A stretch of 64,000 bases of DNA from Hyalangium minutum. Its GTDB lineage: Bacteria; Myxococcota; Myxococcia; Myxococcales; Myxococcaceae. Numbering within the stretch: position 1 is the first letter of the stretch; each line of letters starts with the position of its first letter. The notes below the pieces were generated by a model. The model saw nothing but the letters and a program-made list of their open reading frames with translations. It did not search any database and was not told the origin of the DNA. Positions 39,734-49,600 of this stretch are shown here, in pieces. The stretch lies in contig NZ_JMCB01000003.1 in the NCBI RefSeq assembly GCF_000737315.1, positions 62,001 through 126,000 of the forward strand. The letters are read 5' to 3'. Made by a program: the position numbers and the translations under genes.

Positions 39734-40777
39734 ATGAGTGTGCTGGACAAGGTGCTGTCGTTGCGGCCGGCGAACGCGGTGTCCCGGCTGGGACCTGGGT
39801 CCCGGCTGCCGCTGCTCAGCCCGATGGAACTGCTCCGCGCGATGGAGGGCTCTCCGGCAGCCCTGCCATGCGTGCCCGTGCGTGCCAAGGCGGCCATTCC
39901 GGGGCTGCTGACGGCGGCCCGGGCGGAGGACTCGGTGCTGGGGCTGGCGTGCTCCCACCCCCTGGCGGATCGCGGCGCCACGGAGCGCTTCCTGTCCGCC
40001 GTGAGGACCTCCGCGGCCGACTCCGAGCACGCGCGCCCCCTGTTCCTCCAGGCCGGGCCCGTACGCGTGGCCAAGCCCAAGCCGGAGGGCTTGGCGGTGC
40101 AGCAGGAAGCCATCTTCCGCCTGGTGGACGATGGGTTCACCCTCATCTCGCTGGACGTGTCCAAGCTGGATGCCGCCTCGGCCGTCGAGGTGATCCGCTC
40201 GCTGGCGGGCCCGCTGCGGGAGCGGGAACTGCCCATGGAGCTGACCCTGCCCGCGCGCCCACGAGAGGGCACCAGCGTGACGGACACGGCGCGCCCCATG
40301 CTGGAGGGCCTGCGCAAGGCCGGGATTCCGGTGGGCTTCCTCCGGGTGCCCGCGGCGGAGTTCGGCGAGGAGGACCTGGACGTGGGGCTGCTGCACCTCC
40401 TGGTGGAGCTGGCCACGAAGTTCGGTGTGAGCGTGACGGTGGCGGAGGTGACGGAGCGCTCCCTGCGTTCGCTGCCCACGTTCGTGGCGGCTGGGGTGCG
40501 CAAGGTGGACTGCGCCGCGCCCTTCGAGCGGCTCTCGCTGGCCGCGTGGCCGGCGGAGGCGCGGACCTTGCTGGAGCAGAAGGCGGGGGCCGCCGGAATG
40601 GCCCCGGGCGAACTGCTCGGGCTGCTCGAGGAGCAGTTCCCGGCGTTGGAGACCTCCGCGCGCGAGCGGCTGGAGGCCCTGTCCTTCACCGAGGCCACCG
40701 AGATGATCTCCCTGCTGGGCGCATCCAGGACGGGCTGGCGCTCCATGGTGTGGCTGGCCGAGAACCGGGGCGACTGA
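39734..40777 (+). CDS. Class II fructose-bisphosphate-aldolase-like TIM barrel lacking metal ligands
   Basis: LVDDGFTLISLDVS and GVRKVDC resemble Fba II (GFTSVMIDGS, GVRKINI). HLDH is replaced by QAGP. Confidence 0.55.
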   Translation: MSVLDKVLSLRPANAVSRLGPGSRLPLLSPMELLRAMEGSPAALPCVPVRAKAAIPGLLTAARAEDSVLGLACSHPLADRGATERFLSAVRTSAADSEHARPLFLQAGPVRVAKPKPEGLAVQQEAIFRLVDDGFTLISLDVSKLDAASAVEVIRSLAGPLRERELPMELTLPARPREGTSVTDTARPMLEGLRKAGIPVGFLRVPAAEFGEEDLDVGLLHLLVELATKFGVSVTVAEVTERSLRSLPTFVAAGVRKVDCAAPFERLSLAAWPAEARTLLEQKAGAAGMAPGELLGLLEEQFPALETSARERLEALSFTEATEMISLLGASRTGWRSMVWLAENRGD

Positions 40778-40780
40778 CAC

Positions 40781-41338
40781 ATGCGGATCGTCGCGGGCAG
40801 TGCGAAGGGCCGAGCGCTCCAAGGGCCCAAGTCCACCTCTCGGCACATCCGCCCCACGGCGGATCGGGTGCGGGAGACGCTCTTCAACGTGCTCGGCCAG
40901 TGGCTGGAGGGGCAGTCCGTGCTGGACCTCTACGCGGGCACGGGGGCGCTGGCGCTGGAGGCCCTCTCGCGCGGGGCGGGCCGGGCGGTGCTGGTGGACT
41001 CGGATCGCGAGGCGCTGGCGCTGTGCCGGCAGAACACGGACGCGCTGGGGTTCTCCACCCAGGTGGAGATCCTGGGCCAGCCGGTGGCCCGGGCGGTGGA
41101 GGCGCTGGCCAAGCGCGGGGAGCGCTTCGAGCTCATCTTCGCGGACCCGCCCTATGCGGCCCGGGTGGTGGAGTCGGTGCTGGAGCAGGTGGAGCAGGGC
41201 CGGCTGCTCATCCCCGGGGGCATGCTCATCATCGAGCATGACAAGCGCGAGGCTGCCCCGGAGGCCCACTCCGGGTTTTCCCGAGTCGACCAGCGCCGGT
41301 TCGGGGACACGCTGGTGAGCTTCTACCGCATTCCTTGA
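40781..41338 (+). CDS. rsmD: 16S rRNA m2G966 methyltransferase
   Basis: MRIVAG, RPTADRVRETLFN, LDLYAGTGAL, ADPPY. Confidence 0.95.
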   Translation: MRIVAGSAKGRALQGPKSTSRHIRPTADRVRETLFNVLGQWLEGQSVLDLYAGTGALALEALSRGAGRAVLVDSDREALALCRQNTDALGFSTQVEILGQPVARAVEALAKRGERFELIFADPPYAARVVESVLEQVEQGRLLIPGGMLIIEHDKREAAPEAHSGFSRVDQRRFGDTLVSFYRIP

Positions 41339-41371
41339 CCGTCCCGTGGGGCGGGTTGAGACTCCATTGCC

Positions 41372-41854
41372 ATGCCGGTGGCCATCTATCCAGGTTCCTT
41401 CGATCCGCTCACCAACGGGCACCTCAGCCTCATCCAGCGCGGCCTCCAGATGTTCGATCGGGTGATCGTGGCCATCGCGGTCAACCCGAAGAAGACGCCG
41501 CTCTTCACGCTGGAGGAGCGCCGGGCGCTCATCCGCCAGGCCTGCCCGGATCCTCGGGTGGAGGTGGACGCCTTCCAGGGCCTGTTGGTGGAGTACGCCA
41601 AGCAGCGCCAGGTGAACGTGCTGCTGCGCGGGCTCCGGGCGGTCTCGGACTTCGAGTACGAGTTCCAGCTGGCCAACATGAACCGCAAGCTGGCCCCCGG
41701 CATCGAGACGGTCTTCATGATGACAGGTGAGGACTACTTCTACATTTCGTCACAGCTCGTTCGGGAAGTGGCCATGTTTGGCGGGGATGTGACGGGGATG
41801 GTGCCGGACGGGGTGCTGGCGAAGCTGAAGGAGAAGTTCGCCCGGAAGCCCTGA
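41372..41854 (+). CDS. coaD: Phosphopantetheine adenylyltransferase
   Basis: [33 protein letters not shown]. Confidence 0.97.
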   Translation: MPVAIYPGSFDPLTNGHLSLIQRGLQMFDRVIVAIAVNPKKTPLFTLEERRALIRQACPDPRVEVDAFQGLLVEYAKQRQVNVLLRGLRAVSDFEYEFQLANMNRKLAPGIETVFMMTGEDYFYISSQLVREVAMFGGDVTGMVPDGVLAKLKEKFARKP

Positions 41855-41905
41855 AGTCGCTGTAGTGCTTGTCCGGGGCATGTCACTCGGGGTAGCAACC
41901 CGGAC

Positions 41906-43096
41906 ATGCAATTGGCACAGCGCATCAAAGCCATCAAGCCGTCGCCCACCCTGGCCCTCAACGCCCGCGCCAAGGCGCTGGCTGCCCAGGGCGTGGACGT
42001 CGCGGGGTTCGTCGCGGGCGAGCCGGACTTCGACACCCCCGAGTTCATCAAGCAGGCGGCCATCGACTCCCTGAAGGCGGGCTTCACCAAGTACACCCCC
42101 ACGGCGGGCATCCCGGAGCTGCGCGAGGCCATCTGCGCCAAGCTGCAGCGGGACAACCAGCTGACGTACGCGCCGGATCAGGTGCTGGTGTCGGTGGGGG
42201 CCAAGCACTCGCTCTACAACATCTTCCAGGCGCTGCTGAACGAGGGGGATGAGGTCATCATCTTCACGCCGTACTGGGTGAGCTACCCGGACATGGTGAT
42301 GCTGGCGGGCGGCAAGCCGGTCATCCTGCAGACGCAGGAGGAGAACGGCTACGCGCCGGATCCCGAGGCGCTGAAGCGCGCGCTCACGCCCCGCACGCGG
42401 GCGGTGATCATCAACAGCCCGAGCAACCCGACGGGCGCGGTGTACTCGCGCGCGGCGCTGGAGGGGATTGCGGCGGCGGTGAAGGACCACGACTGCCTGA
42501 TCGTCAGCGACGACATCTACGAGAAGCTGCTGTACCAGGGGCAGTTCCTGAACATCGCCAACGTGGCGCCGGAGCTGTTCCCGCGGCTGGTCGTGGTCAA
42601 TGGCATGAGTAAGGCGTACTCGATGACGGGCTGGCGCCTGGGGTACGCAGCGGGGCCGAAGCCGCTGATCGCCGGCATGCAGATGATCCAAGACCAGTCG
42701 ACGTCGAACCCGAACTCCATCACGCAGAAGGCGGGGGTGGCGGCGCTGAAGGGGCCCACGGAGTTCCTCACGAAGATGGTGGACGAGTTCCGGGCGCGGC
42801 GGGAGCTGATCGTCTCGGGGCTGAACGCGCTGGACGGAGTGAAGTGCCGCACGCCCGAGGGCGCCTTCTACGTGTTCCCGGACGTGCGCGGCCTGCTGCA
42901 GCGCCAGTACAAGGGCGCGCCGCTGGGCACCTCGTCGCGGATCTCCGAGGCGCTGCTGGATGACTTCCGGGTGGCGGTGATGCCCGGGGCGCCGTTCGGG
43001 GCGGAGGGCTACCTGCGCCTGAGCTTCGCCACCTCGCGCGAGGTGATCCAGAAGGGCCTGAGCCGGATGAAGGACTTCGTCGCGGCGCTGAGCTGA
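41906..43096 (+). CDS. aspC: PLP-dependent aspartate aminotransferase (class I)
   Basis: GEPDFDTP, NSPSNPTG, SDDIY, NGMSKAYSMTGWRLG. Confidence 0.92.
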   Translation: MQLAQRIKAIKPSPTLALNARAKALAAQGVDVAGFVAGEPDFDTPEFIKQAAIDSLKAGFTKYTPTAGIPELREAICAKLQRDNQLTYAPDQVLVSVGAKHSLYNIFQALLNEGDEVIIFTPYWVSYPDMVMLAGGKPVILQTQEENGYAPDPEALKRALTPRTRAVIINSPSNPTGAVYSRAALEGIAAAVKDHDCLIVSDDIYEKLLYQGQFLNIANVAPELFPRLVVVNGMSKAYSMTGWRLGYAAGPKPLIAGMQMIQDQSTSNPNSITQKAGVAALKGPTEFLTKMVDEFRARRELIVSGLNALDGVKCRTPEGAFYVFPDVRGLLQRQYKGAPLGTSSRISEALLDDFRVAVMPGAPFGAEGYLRLSFATSREVIQKGLSRMKDFVAALS

Positions 43097-43145
43097 ACTG
43101 AGCAGGGCTGAGGCCGCCCATGACGTGGGTGGCCTCACCTGGCGG

Positions 43146-43604
43146 CTACGCAGCAGACAGCTGGTCGATGGCTCGGACCCAGTGGTTCACGAGCTTCACG
43201 AGTCCAGCCTTGTGCTCCTGGATCTCGGCCATGCTGCGGAACCGGGCCATGCGCCGGTCCTTGTAGTCACCCTCGAGGAAGCCGAACCGATCCGCCGGCA
43301 TCGTACCCTGCGGGAAGACGAAGACGACGTGCACGCAGTCCCTCGGGCGCAGATGAAAGGCCGCGAGGTCCTGCTGGTAGTAGAAACTCGGCGCGTTCCA
43401 CTTCACGCGCTCAGCGATCTTCCGGTTCGCTCCCAGGATGAGCTCCCGCACGGCTTCGATCTCGGCCTTCAGCGGGTGCTCCAGCTGCTTCAGGTACTCG
43501 GCCACCTCTTCCGGTCCGCTCTTCTTCGGAGCGGAAGCCTTGGTCTTCTTGGCCGGAGCTTTCTTGGCCGAAGCCTTCTTCGCTTGCGTCTTTCGTGCGG
43601 CCAC
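43146..43604 (-). CDS. DUF1801 (YdhG-like) protein with Lys/Ala-rich N-terminal tail
   Basis: HPLKAEIEAVRELIL, ERVKWNAPSF, LEGDYKDRRM. Confidence 0.85.
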   Translation of the reverse strand: MAARKTQAKKASAKKAPAKKTKASAPKKSGPEEVAEYLKQLEHPLKAEIEAVRELILGANRKIAERVKWNAPSFYYQQDLAAFHLRPRDCVHVVFVFPQGTMPADRFGFLEGDYKDRRMARFRSMAEIQEHKAGLVKLVNHWVRAIDQLSAA

Positions 43605-43626
43605 AAGGGCTCCTTCGGTGTTGCGC

Positions 43627-44526
43627 TCAGTTGCCCGGGGCGTCGAAGAGCTGGTCGAAGTCCGCCTGCCTCATCCGGATCGTGAGCGGACGGTAGCTCA
43701 CACCACCATAGGTGCAGTTTGAATAGAACCAGGGCTCGAGCCCGAGCACGCAGACATTCGAGCACCGGCCGACGAATCGCAGCGGGGCACACTGGTTGGA
43801 TGAGTTCGAGCCAGAGCCCAGCGCGCCGCACGCCCGGGTGAGGTACTCGCCCTCGTTGTTGACGGGCCGGTCGACGCCGAAGAACAGGCTGTTGGGCACG
43901 AAGAGGTTCCCGAAGAAGCAGGCCTCCCGAACCGGGTAGGACGTCAGCTCCCCGAAGGTATAGGGAATGGCGTTGCCCCAGGCGTTCCAGCCCAGGACGG
44001 AGATGTTCACGTTCCTTCCGTACCGGTTGACGTGCGCCAACAGGCAGGCCGTGATGAGCTGCTGCTCGTTGTAGTTGATCGCGCTGCCGCTGGCCCAGTC
44101 CGGCGCCAGTCCCAGTCCTCCTGTCCACGCATACGTCCTCCCTCCCTGGTGGCGGTACGTGCGGGTCTGCCCCGTGGGCACGGCGCAGCGGACCACATAG
44201 GTCATCAGCATGTCGGCGGCCGCCGGATCCTGGCTGAACCACTGGATGAACGCTGAGCTGGAGAACCCGCCCACGGACAGCCCGTTGAGGGGCAACCCGT
44301 TGAGGGACAGCCCGTTGGCCGACAGCCCGTTGGCCGACAAGCCATTGAAGGAGTTGAGTTCCTGGGCCTGGCTGTCCAACGGCAGCGGCTCCGCGGGCGG
44401 CTCCGAGGGATCACAGCCTGAAGCGCTCGCACACACGCACAGCAACGTGAGCCAACACCGGGCTCGTTGCTTCACCTCCACCCAGGCAAGGGGGGAGTGA
44501 GCTTCCGCCATCGGAGCGTTCTTCAT
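43627..44526 (-). CDS. Myxobacterial Cys-rich putative lipoprotein with NGLSx pentapeptide repeats
   Basis: ASGC lipobox, five NGL(S/P)x repeats, GLGLAPDW, ACLLAHVN, EACFFGNLF. Confidence 0.75.
   Translation of the reverse strand: MKNAPMAEAHSPLAWVEVKQRARCWLTLLCVCASASGCDPSEPPAEPLPLDSQAQELNSFNGLSANGLSANGLSLNGLPLNGLSVGGFSSSAFIQWFSQDPAAADMLMTYVVRCAVPTGQTRTYRHQGGRTYAWTGGLGLAPDWASGSAINYNEQQLITACLLAHVNRYGRNVNISVLGWNAWGNAIPYTFGELTSYPVREACFFGNLFVPNSLFFGVDRPVNNEGEYLTRACGALGSGSNSSNQCAPLRFVGRCSNVCVLGLEPWFYSNCTYGGVSYRPLTIRMRQADFDQLFDAPGN
44272..44346 (-). repeat. 5 x 15-bp tandem repeat (NGLSx)
   Basis: Units such as GGCCGACAGCCCGTT repeated five times with substitutions. Confidence 0.9.
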
Positions 44527-44684
44527 GGGAGTCTCCTGCCCAGAGAGGGGTGGTCAGGGGGGTCTGGGTAGTCTGACTAATACGCATTACCGGGCCGCCT
44601 GGCTCCCCACCCCCAGCGTGAGCACGTGGGGTAGTGCACAGCCAGAAACCCATGCGTCCAGTGGCGGATAGTCACCTCCGCCGA

Positions 44685-46517
44685 TCAGGCGATCCGATCC
44701 ACCCTCACATCCACCTCCAGCGTCTCCGGTCCGCCTCCCACGAAGATGGTCCCCGAGGTGGGCGTGGCATCTCCGTAGCCGCGCCCCACTGCGACGCGGA
44801 CGTGCGAGGTCTGCGTCAGGATGCCGTTGGTCGGATCAAAGCCCCGCCAGCCCACCTCGGGCAGGTAGAGCTGCAGCCACGCGTGGGAGGCCTCCGCCTG
44901 CCGTTGGTTCGGATTCTGGGGACCACAGTAGATGTAGCCGCACGTGTAGCGCGCCGGCACGCCCAGCAGCCGCGCCATGCAGATGAACAGGTTGGTGAAG
45001 TCCTGGCAGACGCCGCGCCGGTTCACGTACACGTCGAACGGCGTCGTGTAGATCGTCGTCGAGCCCTGCCGGTACTCGTACTCGCGGAAGATGGACGCGT
45101 TGATGTCGAGCAGCGTGTCCAGCAAGTCGTAGTCGTTCCGCTTCACGAAGCTCATCGCGTACTCGGTGAGCTCCACCAGCTGCGTCTCGGGCAGCTCCTG
45201 GGGCAGCAGGTACGGCTGTAGCACCTGCTGCTGCCAGGGCATCCACACGAGCGGAATGGTGCTGCGCTCCTTGGGCGCCCGGAACTGGAGCGGATCCGTG
45301 TCGTAGAGCTCCACCGTGGAGCGCGCCTCGATGGCCAGCTCCGTGTAGGGCCTCTCGAGGTGCACCCGCGTGGCCCGGTTGCCGAACACGTCCTCGTAGT
45401 CCCGGCGCTTCCCGTCCACGGACAGGTGGAGCTGATGCCCAATCACCGCCTGCAGCTCGTCGTGCATCGGCCGCAGCCGGAACAGGTGGGTGCTTCGCTC
45501 GATGGGGTTCTGGTAGCGGTAGACGGTGCGGTGCACCACGGAGAAGCGCTGCACCTCCGCCTTCGAGGGCAGCCGCAAGTCCCGTTGCCTGGCGGTGAAG
45601 AAGGGCTGCGAAGGCGCCTCCCCGGGAGCCACGGGCGCCGGAGCCGCGGACTGCGTGTCGGGCACCTGCTGCGGAATGGGCTGGACCTGCGCGGGTACCT
45701 GTACCTGGAGCTGGGGCTCGGGCGGCTTCACCTCCGCGGTGACCGTGCCCTGGCGGATGCGCAGGAGCGTCCCCGGCGCGAGCCGCTTCCAGTCCACCTG
45801 GGCGTTCTGCTCGGGCTGGAGCGGGTTGGAGCAGACGAGGACGCCCTTGCGGCTCTTGAGGCCGCGCTTGGTGAGATCCACCAGGATGTCGCCATCACCG
45901 AAGACGAGGCTGTCGTGCGGCGGCTGCAGCGTCCAGATGTACAGCTCGTGCGCTGGATCGCGATCCGCATAGACGCACATGTCGTGTCCATCCGTGAGGA
46001 TGGTGGTGAGCGAGCCGTGCTCGTTGGTCTCGGCGAAGAAGGACCGCAGGGCCTCCAGATCGACGTCCCCCAGGCTGCGCCACCCCTTGTCGGAGATCAT
46101 CGACATGAGCTGGCAGAAGATGAGCTCGGAGTCCGTCGAGCCGATGGGCTCGAAGCGCTGCGGGGTGTTGGCCTCGATGCGGTGGGCCAGGCTGCCCGAG
46201 TGCGCCATCAGCCAGTCGCGCCCGCCCCAGGAGCGCCGGAACGGCTGGGTGTTGCCCGGAGAGATCTGCCCCCAGATCGCCGTGCGGATGTGGAGCACGA
46301 ACAGCGAGGAGGCCAGGTGCTCCCAGGCCTTCACCAGCTCGCTGCGGATAGAGCCAGGCGGGGGCGCTGCTTCCTTGAGCACCTCTGCCGCGAGATCGCC
46401 ACCCGGGTAGTAGCCGATGCCCCATCCATCGGGCGGTTGGCGCTGGGGACTCAGACAACGAAGATCGAAGGAGGGGGCGAGTTCCCCCTCGAAGCTCATG
46501 GCGAGAACGTTGGGCAT
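44685..46517 (-). CDS. Class II glutamine amidotransferase-like (YafJ/Ntn) domain fused to transglutaminase
   Basis: DGWGIGYY, HIRTA, NTQPF, AHSGSL, GSTDSE in the N-domain. C-terminal Bact_transglu_N and core with GVCQDF / SHAW / FDPTN. Confidence 0.88.
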   Translation of the reverse strand: MPNVLAMSFEGELAPSFDLRCLSPQRQPPDGWGIGYYPGGDLAAEVLKEAAPPPGSIRSELVKAWEHLASSLFVLHIRTAIWGQISPGNTQPFRRSWGGRDWLMAHSGSLAHRIEANTPQRFEPIGSTDSELIFCQLMSMISDKGWRSLGDVDLEALRSFFAETNEHGSLTTILTDGHDMCVYADRDPAHELYIWTLQPPHDSLVFGDGDILVDLTKRGLKSRKGVLVCSNPLQPEQNAQVDWKRLAPGTLLRIRQGTVTAEVKPPEPQLQVQVPAQVQPIPQQVPDTQSAAPAPVAPGEAPSQPFFTARQRDLRLPSKAEVQRFSVVHRTVYRYQNPIERSTHLFRLRPMHDELQAVIGHQLHLSVDGKRRDYEDVFGNRATRVHLERPYTELAIEARSTVELYDTDPLQFRAPKERSTIPLVWMPWQQQVLQPYLLPQELPETQLVELTEYAMSFVKRNDYDLLDTLLDINASIFREYEYRQGSTTIYTTPFDVYVNRRGVCQDFTNLFICMARLLGVPARYTCGYIYCGPQNPNQRQAEASHAWLQLYLPEVGWRGFDPTNGILTQTSHVRVAVGRGYGDATPTSGTIFVGGGPETLEVDVRVDRIA

Positions 46518-46621
46518 CCGGTCGAGCGGAAGGTAGTGAGCCGTTTTGTACAGAGAAGCAGCCGGTCACACGGCCCGTGCGGCCGCGTCACCTGGAGAAC
46601 AGCTATCGCAAGAGCCCCGGC

Positions 46622-49600
46622 TCAGCCCGGGGTCTCCTCCTCGGCTGGAGGCTTGGGAGGCCGGTAGTCGAGCGGCAGGCGGCGCAGGTCGAGGGTGGTG
46701 GGGTTCTCCGCGCTGGGCTGGGCCGGACGGGCCTTCACCGGCCAGGGCAGGGGAGCCTCGGAGGTGAAGCGCTGCGCGCGGCGGGCGGAGGCCTCGAAGC
46801 GGGTGAGCGGCGGGGTGGAGAAGGCACGGCCCTCGGGGTGCCACACGTGGTAGGCGCAGGCGCCCAGCGAGCGCTGCCCCCACGTGTCGAGCAGATCCAG
46901 CCGGATGGGGTGGTGGATGCCCAGGTGTGCGTGCAGGCTGTGCGGCGGAGCCCACGCGCGGAACCGCACCCCGGCCACCCACTCGTTGGCCTTCGCCGTG
47001 GGCGTGAGCGGCAGCGTGTGCCCGTTGACGAGCAGCAGGTGCCGCTCCGGGATGAGTCCGGAGACGCGCACCTCGATGCGCTCCATGGACGAGTCCACGT
47101 AGCGGGAGGTTCCGCCCCCGCTCAGCTCCTCGCCCAGCACCGGCCAGGGCTCGAGCGCATTGCGCACCTCGATCGTGACATCCCCCAGCTGCATGCGCCC
47201 GGCGAGCGGGCAGCGCAGCTCCAGGAAGGGGGTGTACGCCTCCTGCGGCAGGGGAACGCCCTTGGCCGCGAGGTGGGCGAGCACGTCCTCCAGGTCCCGT
47301 CCCAAGTAGTAGGGCAGCAGGTACTTGTCGTGGAGCGACGTGCCGAAGCGGACCAGCTTCTTCTGGTAGGGCTCCTGGGCGAACGCGGCGAAGAGCGCGC
47401 GCACCAGGATGGCCTGCGCGGACACCATGCGCGCGTGCGGCGGCATCTCGAAGGCGCGCAACTCCACCAGTCCCTGCCGCCCGGTGGCCGTCTGGGGGTC
47501 AAACAGCTTGTCCAGACTCAGCTCCGCCCGGTGGGTGTTGCCCGCCACGTCCACCAGCAGGTTCCGGAAGAGCATGTCCGACAGCCAGGGCGGCGGCGCG
47601 GTGCCAGCGTTGAAGGCCTTGTCGAGCGCGATCTCCAGCTCGTAGAGCGCCTCGTGCCGCGCCTCGTCCACGCGCGGTGCCTGCGAGGTTGGCCCCACGA
47701 ACAGGCCGGTGAAGAGGTACGACAGCGACGGGTGGTGCTGCACGAAGGTGATGAGCGAGGCCAGCAGCTCGGGCCGGGTGAGGAGCGGGCTGGACAGGGC
47801 CGTCGGGCCACCGACCGTGATGTGGTTGCCGCCGCCGCTGCCGGCCATGCGGCCGTCCATCAGGTACTTCTCGCTGTGGAGACCCGCGTGGAGGGCCGCG
47901 TCGAACACCTGGCCCACGAGCTCCGTGTACTCGCGGTTGCTCGACACGGGCGGCAGGTTGACCTCGAGCACGCCCGGGTCCGGCGTCACCGCGAAGCGGT
48001 AGAGCAGCGGCGAGGACGGGGGAGGGTAGCCCTCCAACTGAATGGCGATGCCGGTGTGCTCGCGCGCCTGATCGATGATGGACACGAGATCGAAGAAGTC
48101 CTCGGCCCGGGCCAGCGGCGGCAGGAACACGTGCACCGTTCCACCGCGCGCCTCAAAGGCCAGCGCGGTCCGCACTCGGGGCAGGCGGCTGGCTCGCTCC
48201 TTCGCGATGACCTTGTGCTGCTTGGCCTCCTCGGGGGACGGCTCGCGGCGCGGATCGATGGGCTCATAGGGCTCCTCCCAGAGGTCGGAGAGCGGGTCTC
48301 CCTCCGAGAGCGAGCGCAGCGGCAGCCGCAGGCCGAGCGGGCTGTCACCCGGGAGCAGGAACAGGTGGCGCCGCCGGAACTGCCAGGGGTCGCTGACCCA
48401 GCGCCCGTCCGTGTCTCGCCCGAGGGGCAGCACGAAGCCCACCTCATTGCCGAGCCCCTGGCCCAGAACCTTGGCCAAGCGCCGCCGCTCCTCCGAGTCG
48501 TTGAGGTTGGCCTTGAGCGGATCGACGTCCACCGGCAGGTTCTCCTCGTCCTGCAGGAAGCGCCACGGATCCTCGAAGGCGGGGAGCAGGTGCTGAGCCA
48601 GGCCGAGGCGCGACGCCACCGCCTGCGCGACCTCGCGCGCCTGTGCCGTGCCTGCGTTGTCTCCCGAAGCCAGCGCCTCGCCCGTCCAGAGAGGCTCCCG
48701 GTCGCGCCGTCCGCAGATGTCGAGCGCCCAGCGAGGCAGGCTCTCTCCTGGATAGTGCTTTCCGGCGCGCAGCAGCAGGGCCGCTCCAGGGGAGAGCCGC
48801 CGCCGGAGCTCCTCGGCGAGCTTCACCCCGAGCTTCCACTTGGTCTCGCCCAGCGCGTCGCCGTTCCACTCCGGCAGCTCGGTGTGCTCGCGGGCGTTGA
48901 AGGTGGGCTCGCCGCCGATGGTGAGCTTCACCCCGCGCTCCCTCAGCACCGCGTCCGCGCGATCTCCACCCTCGCAGAGGGCCTGCCACACCTCGTCCGT
49001 GTAGGGCGCCGTCGGCCGAGGCTCGTGCCCGAGCCGGCCCACCGTCATCGAGAACCGCACCTCCTCCGCCTGGGTGTCACTGGTGCCCTCGATGGGGGCT
49101 GCCAGCGCCGGTGAGGCCGTCGAGGCGAGCGGGATATGGCCCTCGCCCGTCAGGAGTCCGCTGGTGGCGTCGAGCCCGATCCAACCCGCCCCGGGCAGGA
49201 AGACCTCCGCCCAGGCGTGCAGATCCACCACGTCGCGTCCCACGCCGCGCGGCGCGTTGGGGATCATCCCTTCGTCGGTGAGCTGCACCAAGTAGCCGCT
49301 CACGAAGCGCGCCGCGAGCCCGCGCGAGCGCAGCACCGCGATGAGCAGCATCGCCGAGTCCCGGCAGCTGCCCTTGCCCGCCGCGAGCGTCTCCTCGGGT
49401 GTGTGGATGCCCGCCTCCTCGCGGATGATGTACTGGATGCGCTGGTTCACCTTCTCGTTGAGCTGAATGATGAGCGGGACCGTTGGGCCGGAGCGCGGCA
49501 GCTCGTCGAGGAAGGCCTTGAGGCGCTCGCCGCCTCGCACCGCTGGCTCGTTCACGTCGAGGAAGGGGAGGAGGTCCTGCTTCAGCTCCGGCGGGTAGGC

